24,000 bases of DNA from Promethearchaeota archaeon (GTDB lineage: Archaea > Asgardarchaeota > Lokiarchaeia > Sigyniarchaeales > SOKP01), in contig JAHPZE010000005.1 in assembly GCA_019058365.1 (NCBI GenBank), positions 225,619 through 249,618 of the forward strand, written 5' to 3'. A program made the position numbers and the translations under genes. The notes under the pieces were generated by a model. It was not told where the DNA came from. It worked only from the letters and a program-made list of their open reading frames with translations, and made no database searches. Position 1 is the stretch's first letter, and every line of letters begins with the position of its first letter. This document shows, one piece after another, positions 9,062 through 17,478 of the stretch.

Positions 9062-9892
9062 CTATAATAAAAGAAAAGTTCCTAACAGATATGTATCCAA
9101 ATTCAAATCTTTTAAGAGTTTCATATTGTTATAAAGATAAGCATAAATGTTTTCCTCGCTAAAATATTTAAAACACGAATTGTTCCCTTTTACTTCCCTT
9201 AAGATATTTACAATTTGAGTGAGTATAGTTTTTAGATTTTTAATAACCAAATCAGTATCACTTTTAATTAAATTAATGTCTTTAATATTAAACCATGATT
9301 CTTTGCTAAATGAAATATTCTTTAGCTCAGGTTTATCTTGCATATCTTTATGGTTTTTGAAATTAATGCAAAAGTTTTCAATTTTCTCCAGAATAAAATT
9401 TTTTGATTTGGTATACATTTTATTTTCTATTACATTTCTCAGCATTATTAAAATTTTTTGAAAAATACCTAAAATATCAAAAAAGTCAGCTACTTTTCCT
9501 AAATTTTCCACTTCTCCCCATTGGTCGTAATAATCTTCAATCTCATTAAGAAACGGCAGAAAAATATTAATATTTCCATCCCAATTATGCCCTTTTTTCT
9601 CCCAAACAGGATCGAATTGTTTTACAAAAGCGTTTTTAATAACATTTAATCTACCTAATAAAAGTTCAGTTTTTATATGTTTTGTGTCTGCTGCCACAAA
9701 AAGCAATTTATATTTCTCTTCTAATATATAAACCCATCTTAACCCACCCATTTCTATCGAATCTAATGATTCTTTAAATTCTACCATTGAAAAGTGGTGG
9801 AATGCTGTTAAAAAACCAGAAACTATATCTTCATCGGCATCTGTCTTCAAAAAGGATTTATATAATAATTTAACTCCGGATTCCGCATCCAT
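9062..9892 (-). CDS. Hypothetical protein with possible longin-like (AP-sigma/SNARE-like) N-terminal domain
   Basis: This 276-aa ORF has no competing frame. The N-terminal 100 aa (IVSGFLTAFHHFS...GGLRWVYILEEKYKLLFVAADTK...LLLGRLNVIKNAFVKQF) follow the beta-beta-alpha-beta-beta-beta-alpha pattern of longin/adaptor-sigma folds. The domain call is a weak visual match only. Confidence 0.55.
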   Translation of the reverse strand: MDAESGVKLLYKSFLKTDADEDIVSGFLTAFHHFSMVEFKESLDSIEMGGLRWVYILEEKYKLLFVAADTKHIKTELLLGRLNVIKNAFVKQFDPVWEKKGHNWDGNINIFLPFLNEIEDYYDQWGEVENLGKVADFFDILGIFQKILIMLRNVIENKMYTKSKNFILEKIENFCINFKNHKDMQDKPELKNISFSKESWFNIKDINLIKSDTDLVIKNLKTILTQIVNILREVKGNNSCFKYFSEENIYAYLYNNMKLLKDLNLDTYLLGTFLLL

Positions 9893-9962
9893 GATCCAAA
9901 TAATAATGAGCAGCTACACCTCCATTTGCTAATACAACGCTTCTTTTTATGAGGAACTAAAT

Positions 9963-10046
9963 ATGCTAATCTTATAAATTATTTTAAAATTGAGAATCAA
10001 TAAAAATGTTAATCTTATAAATTATTTTAAACTTGAGAATCAATAA
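9963..10046. repeat. Tandem direct repeat, 2 copies of a 43-bp period, in a divergent promoter region
   Basis: Copy 1 is ATGCTAATCTTATAAATTATTTTAAAATTGAGAATCAATAA (9963-10003). Copy 2 is ATGTTAATCTTATAAATTATTTTAAACTTGAGAATCAATAA (10006-10046). They match at 39 of 41 positions, and each carries a TATA-like TTATAAAT. Confidence 0.9.
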
Positions 10047-10183
10047 TAGCTAGAGGAAGAAACTTTTAAACTTTGAATTGCTTCAGTTCAATTGTTTTGT
10101 CATTAAATTTTTTAAATAATGAATCTTACAAAACCGTCAATAATATTATTTACTTGGTATTTTTATAATTATTTACAAACTTT

Positions 10184-10444
10184 ATGTTTATGAGAGCTAT
10201 TTTTAATATATCTACTAATTACTATTGCCCGCGATGTAATTCAACTGAAATCGTTGATCATGGGGAATATATCGAATGTTCAAAATGTTGTTTGGATTTT
10301 TTTAAGGATCATTTTGGAGAAATAAATAATGAAAATATTTTAGCAGAGGAAGAATTAAAGGGTGTTATTGATTCATTTGAGGGTCTAAAAGATAAAAAAA
10401 TACGTAAGGTGTTTTTAAAATCTATAGAAAATGATAATTTTTAG
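10184..10444 (+). CDS. Small zinc-ribbon protein (CPxC...CxxC), paralog of 18783..19025
   Basis: The core is YYCPRCNSTEIVDHGEYIECSKCCLDFF, followed by a conserved tail ENILAEEELKGVIDSFEGLKDKKIRKVFLKS. It is about 50% identical by eye to the second copy. Confidence 0.6.
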   Translation: MFMRAIFNISTNYYCPRCNSTEIVDHGEYIECSKCCLDFFKDHFGEINNENILAEEELKGVIDSFEGLKDKKIRKVFLKSIENDNF

Positions 10445-10480
10445 TTAGGAATGTATTGATAATTTCTTAGATCATTTAAG

Positions 10481-12121
10481 CTAATATTCCTCCTTCCCAT
10501 TTTCCCTTATTATGAACTTTTTATTAAAATATATACATGTAAGTCGATTCTTAAAGATCCAATCCTTTCCGAATTCATTCCAATATTCCCTAAACAAATC
10601 ATTAGTAAGAAACTTAGATTTTTCTGCCTTTGCAACTTCTAGAACATATTCATCGGCTTTTGTTCCTGCTGGAGACTCTATTACAATTCGATCTCCAACT
10701 AGTTCTTTATAAAGGCTTCTATCATCCATTTTATGTTTCGTAGAAGCATCTGCTATCATAGTGGGAGTATATCCTACTGAGATAACTGCTCTATGTATTT
10801 TAATGATATTCTCAACCTTCAATTTTTGATTTTCATTCTTATCTAAGTGCAAGATATTTGCTAAATCAACTACGACCATTTTATTGGGATTTTGAACAAT
10901 AATGTTTTCATCTTGATTAATTTTTGTGTCGATTACTTCTTTTTTATTAAATAAAGTATCCAATTCTGAAATTTTTTCTAAGAAATAAGAGTAATCTTCA
11001 GGAGATAAGATTATTTTTGAAGTACTATATCGTTCTAAATCATCTAAACATTTAAAAATCCATTGCTTATATTTATTCCACTCAGCATTGAAGGAAGGCA
11101 TTTCTTCTGATGTGATTTTCTTAGTAGTTCTCTTAATTTCAGATATATTAGGTTTTGGTAATGATGGTTTCTTTTGTATATCTAACTTTTTTAAGATCAT
11201 TTCAAAGTCTAGTTGGTCTGATTCAATTAATTGATAATTTGATATATTCATTTGTTTCCATTCATTTATGAAATTCTCGGGAATACCGTTTTGCCAATGA
11301 TGATTTCGCAAATAATTATAGAGTTTTTGAGGATTATATAACTCTTCTAATTCTAAATGGGCAGGGTTCACTCTTTTGGAGCGAAAATTATGAAGAAGTT
11401 GAATAAATTCTTTTCCAATTTGTCTATTTGTAGTTATAATTATATCATATTCATCTGAAAAATCTTTTAATGCTTTTCGTGGTTTAGATTTTATGTTGTT
11501 AATATCGGGAATATTGATGTCATAATAGCGCCTTGTAAAATCCAAAATTGAATTCCAATATTCTTTATCATACTCAATTAATATTTCGGGAAGCCTTTCC
11601 AAATTTCCGCTTTGATTTAACTCCTTAAAAATTCTACTAGCAACAATCTTAATTTTTTGAATGTTTTCTTGTAAGAGAGCTTCATCTTGCGATGTTGAGA
11701 TAAGATACTTTTCAAATTCTAAGTCAGAATCATCAATATCATAATTTAGAAATTGATTATTCTTCTTATTAAAGAAAATAAATCTACTCCCGTTTGCTAA
11801 ACTGCCAATATTTTCATTTGAATTTATCACACATCGAATCCCTTCTAAATTCATTAGTTCGTTCACTTTATCTCGATTTGCATTATATATAAAATAAAGG
11901 GTGGGATTTTGAGAATAAGAATTGGTTGACTCAAACTCCAATATTTCTTTAAGGTTGTGTAGGGCTGTAGATTCAAGATCAACAACGTTATATCCTGCGG
12001 TAAAAATTTCAAGACCATGAAGGTGCTTCATATCAATATAGGGAAATATCACTAGATTTCTCTGTTGAAAAAAAAGAATATTTAAAAACTCTGGTCGAAT
12101 GAAATCTGAGCTTGTATCCAT
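10481..12121 (-). CDS. 546-aa protein with C-terminal NYN / Zc3h12a-like (PIN-like) ribonuclease domain; N-terminal 410 aa unknown
   Basis: The C-terminal 133 aa (nt 10484-10882) contain VVVDLANIL, TKADEYVLEVA and FLTNDLFRE. These parallel the Regnase-1 NYN motifs VVIDGSNVA, CYDDRFIV and VVSNDTYRD, so the acidic catalytic positions appear to be retained. A GGTGAAGGA ribosome-binding site lies in the 22-nt spacer after the GTPase gene. Confidence 0.7.
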   Translation of the reverse strand: MDTSSDFIRPEFLNILFFQQRNLVIFPYIDMKHLHGLEIFTAGYNVVDLESTALHNLKEILEFESTNSYSQNPTLYFIYNANRDKVNELMNLEGIRCVINSNENIGSLANGSRFIFFNKKNNQFLNYDIDDSDLEFEKYLISTSQDEALLQENIQKIKIVASRIFKELNQSGNLERLPEILIEYDKEYWNSILDFTRRYYDINIPDINNIKSKPRKALKDFSDEYDIIITTNRQIGKEFIQLLHNFRSKRVNPAHLELEELYNPQKLYNYLRNHHWQNGIPENFINEWKQMNISNYQLIESDQLDFEMILKKLDIQKKPSLPKPNISEIKRTTKKITSEEMPSFNAEWNKYKQWIFKCLDDLERYSTSKIILSPEDYSYFLEKISELDTLFNKKEVIDTKINQDENIIVQNPNKMVVVDLANILHLDKNENQKLKVENIIKIHRAVISVGYTPTMIADASTKHKMDDRSLYKELVGDRIVIESPAGTKADEYVLEVAKAEKSKFLTNDLFREYWNEFGKDWIFKNRLTCIYFNKKFIIRENGKEEY

Positions 12122-12143
12122 TCCTTCACCATTAATCAGCTAA

Positions 12144-12806
12144 TTATTCTTTAAAATAGTTAAAAATAACTTGAAGTATTAAATCCTTAAAACTTTGTAC
12201 AACATTCTTTCCTTGCAATGCCTCAGCTGGATAAATTATATATGATCCATCTGGATATCTCTCTTGAAGCGGAAGCCCTAATTGAAGTTTAAAATCTTGA
12301 ACGGGGATTGCATCTTTTAAGTCTCGTTTATTTAACTGAATTAAATATGGGATTTCTTTTTGTTTGGCAAAACTCACCAGCTCTCGAAAACTTCTTTTGT
12401 TTTGTTCTATTTTTTCTGGATCTGAATCACCGATAAACATAATCCCATCAGCTCCATCCAATACGTATTCTCGAGTGGAAAGGAAACGCTCTTGTCCTGT
12501 ACACGTGACTACATGGCAAATGATATTAAACCTGATATCATGTAAAGTAAATTTAAATAGTAAATAAAGAGAATCTTCCCATAATGTCCTTCCTTCAGTA
12601 GTTTCAATTGAATACCCATGAGTTAGTTTGAGTAAATCGAACTTTTCACGTAATCTGAAGAAATTGGTGGTTTTTCCACTTTCTCCAGGCCCCCAATAGA
12701 CTATCTTGAACTGGATCATATTTTCTGTATCATTAAAATCAAAATCTTCGCTTACCTCAACTTTTACCTTATCTAACTTACCTAGATTTCTCTGTTGTAA
12801 TCCCAT
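12144..12806 (-). CDS. MglA-like small Ras-superfamily GTPase
   Basis: The P-loop is KIVYWGPGESGKTTN, G3 is TCTGQ (Thr in place of Asp, as in MglA TxxGQ), and G4 is NKRD. The overall block order matches Myxococcus MglA (KIVYYGPGLCGKTTN...TVPGQ...NKRD). An AGGTGAT ribosome-binding site lies in the 23-nt spacer. Confidence 0.85.
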   Translation of the reverse strand: MGLQQRNLGKLDKVKVEVSEDFDFNDTENMIQFKIVYWGPGESGKTTNFFRLREKFDLLKLTHGYSIETTEGRTLWEDSLYLLFKFTLHDIRFNIICHVVTCTGQERFLSTREYVLDGADGIMFIGDSDPEKIEQNKRSFRELVSFAKQKEIPYLIQLNKRDLKDAIPVQDFKLQLGLPLQERYPDGSYIIYPAEALQGKNVVQSFKDLILQVIFNYFKE

Positions 12807-12829
12807 TTAATCACCTGAGAGGATGTATG

Positions 12830-13378
12830 TTAAGAGATAGATCCAATTTTATCTGAGAATATTTGCTTTTTTAAATCTTTGATATGTTCTTTAATTTCCT
12901 TCTCCGGCATTCTTAAGACATTCTTCATATGTTCATTTCTTTCAATTTCTTCTTTAATTTTTTGAGCGAATTTACTCATTTGGAGGATCATCACACCTAA
13001 ATTTACCTCATTGTCTGTTAAGAGAACAATAAGAATATCTCGTTTTCCCTTCTTTTGAAGTTCAATGGCTCCAATCGATTTTACAAACAATCGCATATCG
13101 TTATAAATAATAGTCGCACGCTCTAAGGATTCTGTCTCAAAGAAATCTTGACCCTGCCTTGCTACACCATATAAAGCCGCCCCTATTGAACTTAAATCCC
13201 AATAGTTGAGTTTTCGATCAAATCGAGAATCAATAGCAATAATTTTTGCGTCTTGATCGATTGCAATTAAACCATATATATAGCCCCTTCGTGTTAATTT
13301 ACCATAATTATATCTAATATCGTCTAATACTTCTGTTATCTTATTTTCATACAACACTTTTGGTATATGTGTTATCAT
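12830..13378 (-). CDS. Roadblock/LC7 (MglB-like) domain protein, first gene of the GTPase operon
   Basis: YGLIAIDQDAKIIAIDS...SSIGAALYGVA...ATIIYNDMRLFVKSIG...ILIVLLTDNEVNLGVMILQM follows the Roadblock/LC7 alpha-beta-alpha pattern, with a charged C-terminal helix. It sits immediately upstream of an MglA-like GTPase. Confidence 0.7.
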   Translation of the reverse strand: MITHIPKVLYENKITEVLDDIRYNYGKLTRRGYIYGLIAIDQDAKIIAIDSRFDRKLNYWDLSSIGAALYGVARQGQDFFETESLERATIIYNDMRLFVKSIGAIELQKKGKRDILIVLLTDNEVNLGVMILQMSKFAQKIKEEIERNEHMKNVLRMPEKEIKEHIKDLKKQIFSDKIGSIS

Positions 13379-13600
13379 CTAATTTTTTCCTCTATATTAT
13401 AATTTTGTTGATAAAATGTAGTAAGAGGAGTATATAAAGAAAAAATTTATGATAACAAGAAACAAAAGCTAAAGTTCTAAATAACTGAAGATTTAAAGAA
13501 TTATCTTTATAAGTGTAACTAGAGACAAAAAAATCTATCAATTCAATTTTTGTGAGATTAAACAAAATGAAAAGGAATGTTTCAATTAATAAGTAAAAGT

Positions 13601-13640
13601 AAAAAGAATTGCGAGGTAGTTAAATAAACTGACCCACCTC
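13601..13640 (-). terminator. Hairpin plus T5 downstream of cysK
   Basis: The minus strand reads GAGGT-(18 nt)-ACCTC followed by GCAATTCTTTTT, about 30 nt past the cysK stop codon. Confidence 0.3.
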
Positions 13641-13667
13641 TTTTCTTACTTTTAAATTTAAATCAAT

Positions 13668-14603
13668 TTAATCATTGTACAACTCAGTTGACAAGTATCT
13701 TTCCCCTGTATCACACGTAATAAATACAATATTCTGCCCATCTTCAAATTCTTTTGAAACTATATTTATTGCTGCCCAAGCTATTGCACCCGAGCTAATT
13801 CCTGAAAAAATTCCTTCTAATCTAGCTAAATCCCTTGCTGTTTTAATAGCATCTTCATATTCTACTTGAATAACTTGATCATAGATCTTTGTATTAAGAA
13901 CATCTGGTACAAACCCGGCACCAATACCTTGAATTTTATGTGGTCCTGGAATTCCCCCTGACAAAACAGGAGAGTCTTTTGGTTCTATAGCGTACACTTT
14001 CAATGTTGCACCCACTTTTTCTTTTAAAACTTCTCCAACTCCAGTAATAGTTCCTCCTGTACCTACACCCGCTACAAAAGCATTAACTTGACCATCTAGA
14101 TCATTAAATATCTCATTCGCTGTTGTTTTACGATGAATTTCTGGATTTGCTAAATTTTTAAACTGTTGAGGAATATACACTTTCCCTTTTTCTTTAGCGA
14201 TTTCTTCAGCCTTGGCTATTGCACCCTTCATTCCTCCTTCTTTTGGAGTTAAAATTACTTTTGCCCCATAAGCTTTCAAGATTTTCATTCTTTCAATTGA
14301 TACATTCTCAGGCATAACAAGAATTAATTTATATCCTTTTGCAGCACAAGTAAGAGCCAATCCAATACCAGTATTGCCAGAAGTAGGTTCAACAATAATT
14401 GTTTCATTATTTATTATCCCTTTTTCCTCAGCTGTTTGGATCATAGCAATTCCTATCCTATCCTTTACACTTCCTCCAGGATTAAAATATTCTAATTTAG
14501 CATAAAGGTTCGGTTTAGGATTTATATTTTCAACAATTCTATTCAATCTAACAAGAGGTGTTTTACCTATTGTTTCAAGTATACTGTTATAAGTGTTTGT
14601 CAT
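13668..14603 (-). CDS. cysK: Cysteine synthase A / O-acetylserine sulfhydrylase (PLP-dependent)
   Basis: KLEYFNPGGSVKDRIG contains the PLP lysine, and SGNTGIGLA and GVGTGGTITG are also present. I prefer the ATG at 14603: GGAGGGGG lies 8 nt upstream, and the cysE stop is 1 nt away. The track start at 14630 would overlap cysE by 26 nt. Confidence 0.9.
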   Translation of the reverse strand: MTNTYNSILETIGKTPLVRLNRIVENINPKPNLYAKLEYFNPGGSVKDRIGIAMIQTAEEKGIINNETIIVEPTSGNTGIGLALTCAAKGYKLILVMPENVSIERMKILKAYGAKVILTPKEGGMKGAIAKAEEIAKEKGKVYIPQQFKNLANPEIHRKTTANEIFNDLDGQVNAFVAGVGTGGTITGVGEVLKEKVGATLKVYAIEPKDSPVLSGGIPGPHKIQGIGAGFVPDVLNTKIYDQVIQVEYEDAIKTARDLARLEGIFSGISSGAIAWAAINIVSKEFEDGQNIVFITCDTGERYLSTELYND

Positions 14604-14604
14604 T

Positions 14605-15450
14605 TTAAATTCCCCCTCCGTGTTTTCCATAATATATTTCTATATCCTCGTGCCTCTTTTTAGTGTTATTTAAGACTCTCGTTTCTAATTCTTTTATTCT
14701 TTTATCTAAACTAGAAACTGCAATTGCGATTGGATCGGGTAGATCTCCATGCCTTAAGTCAATTTTTTCGATTTTTTCTCCTTTTTTAGAAATAATTTTA
14801 CCGGGTACTCCAACCACTACGCAATGTGGTGGAACATCTTCTACTACCACGGAATTAGCTCCGATTCTAACATTATCTCCGATTTTGATAGGTCCTAAGA
14901 TCTTTGCTCCCGCCCCTATTACCACATTATTACCAATAGTTGGATGTCTTTTCACTTTTTCTAAACTAGTTCCACCCAGCACCACTCCTGAATATAAAGT
15001 GACATTATTACCGATTTCTGTTGTTTCGCCAATTACAACACCTGATCCATGATCGATAAAAAATTCTGCTCCAATGTCAGCTCCAGGATGTATTTCAATT
15101 GCAGTTAAATCTCTTGCTATATCCGAAATATATCTAGGGATAAAAGGCATTCTTAATATCCAAAAGAAATGAGCTATTCTATATAAAAGGACTGCTTTCA
15201 CTCCGGGATAACCAGCCAGTACTTCAATTAAAGTATTTGCTGCGGGATCTTTATTGAAAGCAGCATTGACATCTGATATAAAAAAATCTAAAATTTTTTG
15301 TAAATTTCTATCAATTTCTCTATTATCTAAATCTTCAGTTTTAAAATTCAAATTTAATAGACATTCAGTACATTGAGTTTGAACATGTTTAGATTTAGGA
15401 CCTAAGGTTTTACCACAGTTTAAACAACGAAGAAATTCATCCATTTCCAT
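14605..15450 (-). CDS. cysE: Serine O-acetyltransferase with N-terminal zinc-ribbon extension
   Basis: It has the SAT N-domain ([27 protein letters not shown]) and a left-handed beta-helix hexapeptide region ([38 protein letters not shown]). It is preceded by about 50 aa containing CLNC...CTEC. Confidence 0.9.
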   Translation of the reverse strand: MEMDEFLRCLNCGKTLGPKSKHVQTQCTECLLNLNFKTEDLDNREIDRNLQKILDFFISDVNAAFNKDPAANTLIEVLAGYPGVKAVLLYRIAHFFWILRMPFIPRYISDIARDLTAIEIHPGADIGAEFFIDHGSGVVIGETTEIGNNVTLYSGVVLGGTSLEKVKRHPTIGNNVVIGAGAKILGPIKIGDNVRIGANSVVVEDVPPHCVVVGVPGKIISKKGEKIEKIDLRHGDLPDPIAIAVSSLDKRIKELETRVLNNTKKRHEDIEIYYGKHGGGI

Positions 15451-15633
15451 AATTTTTCACATGAATTATTTTTAGAAATCTCAATTCGAATTAATTAATT
15501 AAAAAATTTTGAAATTTCATAAAATTTTTGGTTATAAATAATATATTGTAGAGAATAAAGGTTTATGTTTAGCTTGGATTCTTGTTTATTTAAATTATTT
15601 TTCTCCAAAGCAAAAACTTGTTAGCTAAAAGTC

Positions 15634-16557
15634 TTAAATAACTTCTAATATTGTTCTTTTCGTAGAACTAAGCTCTTTTTCATTAGAATAAGTATATTCT
15701 TTTATTATTACATTGGATAATTTGATACTATTACCATCTTCAATCTTTTTAAAGCATTCCACAGCTTGCAACCCCCAAATATTAACTCTAATTGAGCTTG
15801 TATCATCGCTTAAAATGAACTTCAATAGAAAAGATTTCTCACCATTCTTTAATGTTAATTCTTTAAATTCTTGAACTTGAACAATACCCTTGACAAAATG
15901 TATAAAACCTTCCTTACTATATAATTCCTCTATGGTGAATTTAGAGGAGCCTGGTTTAGAACCCTTTTTTTCAATAGACTTGGAGTGATCCACATTCTTA
16001 ACTTCGGGTAAAAAAATTCCCTTTGGAGCCAATAATAGCTTTCCTTGCTTACTTAAATGCACTTCTAAATTATCCTTAATTCCTTTTTTAGAATAAGCTC
16101 CAACAACTTGGATAACCTCTCCTGTCTGAAAAAATTGATTAGAAATAATCTCTGTTTGGTCGTTCCACAACACAACCTTAACACAATCAGATTGATCACA
16201 AATTTGAAATGAGCCAACTGTTCCTAGAGTACCATCTTTCCTTAAAAATTCTTTTTTCCCATGAATTTCAATTATCCTTCCCGCTATGACAATATTTCCC
16301 ATATTTTCAGTAATATTAGAGATAGGTATTGCGAAGTCATTATAATCTATAATATCTTCTGTTATGCGATCTAAAATCTCATTATTTTCTGAAGAATCAA
16401 CTTTGACTCCATTCTCTTTTGCTATTAAATATAAAATTGTTTTTTTATTCATGGATCCTTGGAATTCAATTTCTTTTTCATTGATTTGCGCCATAAGTTC
16501 TTCCTCACTAATTCCAGCATCCAACAACGCCTGATAAATTTCTTCAGTTCTTTCCAC
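15634..16557 (-). CDS. RPA-like single-stranded DNA-binding protein (two OB folds, N-terminal helical domain)
   Basis: It starts at a GTG. The N-terminus (EEIYQALLDAGISEEELMAQINEKEIEFQGSMNKKTILYLIAKENGV) resembles archaeal replication factor A N-termini. Two OB-like units follow (IVIAGRIIEI...VKVVLWNDQ and FVKGIVQV...IRVNIWG). Confidence 0.6.
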   Translation of the reverse strand: MERTEEIYQALLDAGISEEELMAQINEKEIEFQGSMNKKTILYLIAKENGVKVDSSENNEILDRITEDIIDYNDFAIPISNITENMGNIVIAGRIIEIHGKKEFLRKDGTLGTVGSFQICDQSDCVKVVLWNDQTEIISNQFFQTGEVIQVVGAYSKKGIKDNLEVHLSKQGKLLLAPKGIFLPEVKNVDHSKSIEKKGSKPGSSKFTIEELYSKEGFIHFVKGIVQVQEFKELTLKNGEKSFLLKFILSDDTSSIRVNIWGLQAVECFKKIEDGNSIKLSNVIIKEYTYSNEKELSSTKRTILEVI

Positions 16558-16763
16558 TATATTCTTTCACACTATTCTATTTTATTCTTAAATAAAAGGA
16601 AAATTACTTTATCTATTATTCACATTTCTTCTTCCATAAGAAATTATACTTCTAAATTCATTTTCAAATGAAATTTTATATTACTTCTTTTTAATTTTAG
16701 AATTATTCTGGAAGAATATTACTAAGAGTTTATATAAAGAAAAAAATTAAATACAATTTTCAA

Positions 16764-17372
16764 TTAATTTGATAAACATTTGATAAATTTAGAAGTTAAA
16801 CCAATTTTATTCCGGGTTCTATGGAAGGCGTAGGCAGAACAACTACACAACGCTCTCAAATTTGACTGAATTATTTTTTGAGGTTCACTTTTGTCAAGTA
16901 AATCAGTTATAAATATCACAATTGTTAATTGAGTCATTAGTTGCGGCCAAAAAAATAACATATCTAATTTTTCTTTTAATCTTCGAGCATTTTCTTTTGC
17001 TCGTTTGTAATCGAACACCGGTGCTAATCGATAAAATCTATGTAAAATGATGTTAATAAATTGGTTTTGATCTCTAGCATGAAGTACATTTGGATTTTTA
17101 TTGATAAATTTTCTGAAATTTAACAGACCTACTAAAAATTCACTGATAACCTTATGAACAAGTTTAATTGGAATGGTTAAGGCTTCACTTATATGGACAC
17201 TTTCGGAAGCTGTTAATGTTCTTACTTTTTCTCTAATTGTTAAAAAAGAAACATTCCGGAATAAGTAATTTAATACAATTGGCTTTAATTTGTTCTGAAA
17301 TTTATAATACTTATTATAATAATCATTAATACTGTCTACTTCGAAAGATTCCTTTTTTAACGTTTGAGTCAT
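16764..17372 (-). CDS. Hypothetical helical protein (possible cyclin/TFIIB-like fold), between the RPA-like gene and fen1
   Basis: This 202-aa ORF has no competing frame. The second half (PQLMTQLTIVIFITDLL...IIQSNLRALCSCSAYAFHRTRNKI) loosely resembles a TFB cyclin repeat. No zinc ribbon is present. The function call is weak. Confidence 0.5.
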   Translation of the reverse strand: MTQTLKKESFEVDSINDYYNKYYKFQNKLKPIVLNYLFRNVSFLTIREKVRTLTASESVHISEALTIPIKLVHKVISEFLVGLLNFRKFINKNPNVLHARDQNQFINIILHRFYRLAPVFDYKRAKENARRLKEKLDMLFFWPQLMTQLTIVIFITDLLDKSEPQKIIQSNLRALCSCSAYAFHRTRNKIGLTSKFIKCLSN

Positions 17373-17478
17373 GATTTCCTCAATATTTCAATTAAATCTT
17401 AATAAATGTTTATAACAAGTGTATTTAAACAAAAAATAAGTGTAAGTGCTAAAGGCTTTTCATATTAAAAGAAAAAAT

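Noticed and set aside
12801-12806. N-terminal Met-Gly of the GTPase as an Arf-like myristoylation site
   Set aside because: Met-Gly alone is not diagnostic, N-myristoyltransferase is not established in archaea, and the following 30 residues are acidic rather than an amphipathic helix.
13449-13488. AUGAUAA ... CUGA pattern upstream of the Roadblock operon
   Set aside because: For the same reasons: an imperfect C box, no internal boxes and no terminal stem. It is more likely part of the promoter or 5' region.
14663-15052. 129-aa ORF on the + strand antisense to cysE
   Set aside because: It lies entirely inside the well-supported cysE hexapeptide-repeat region. Its product is low-complexity (T/S/P/I-rich), as expected for the mirror frame of a beta-helix gene, and it has no ribosome-binding site or independent context.
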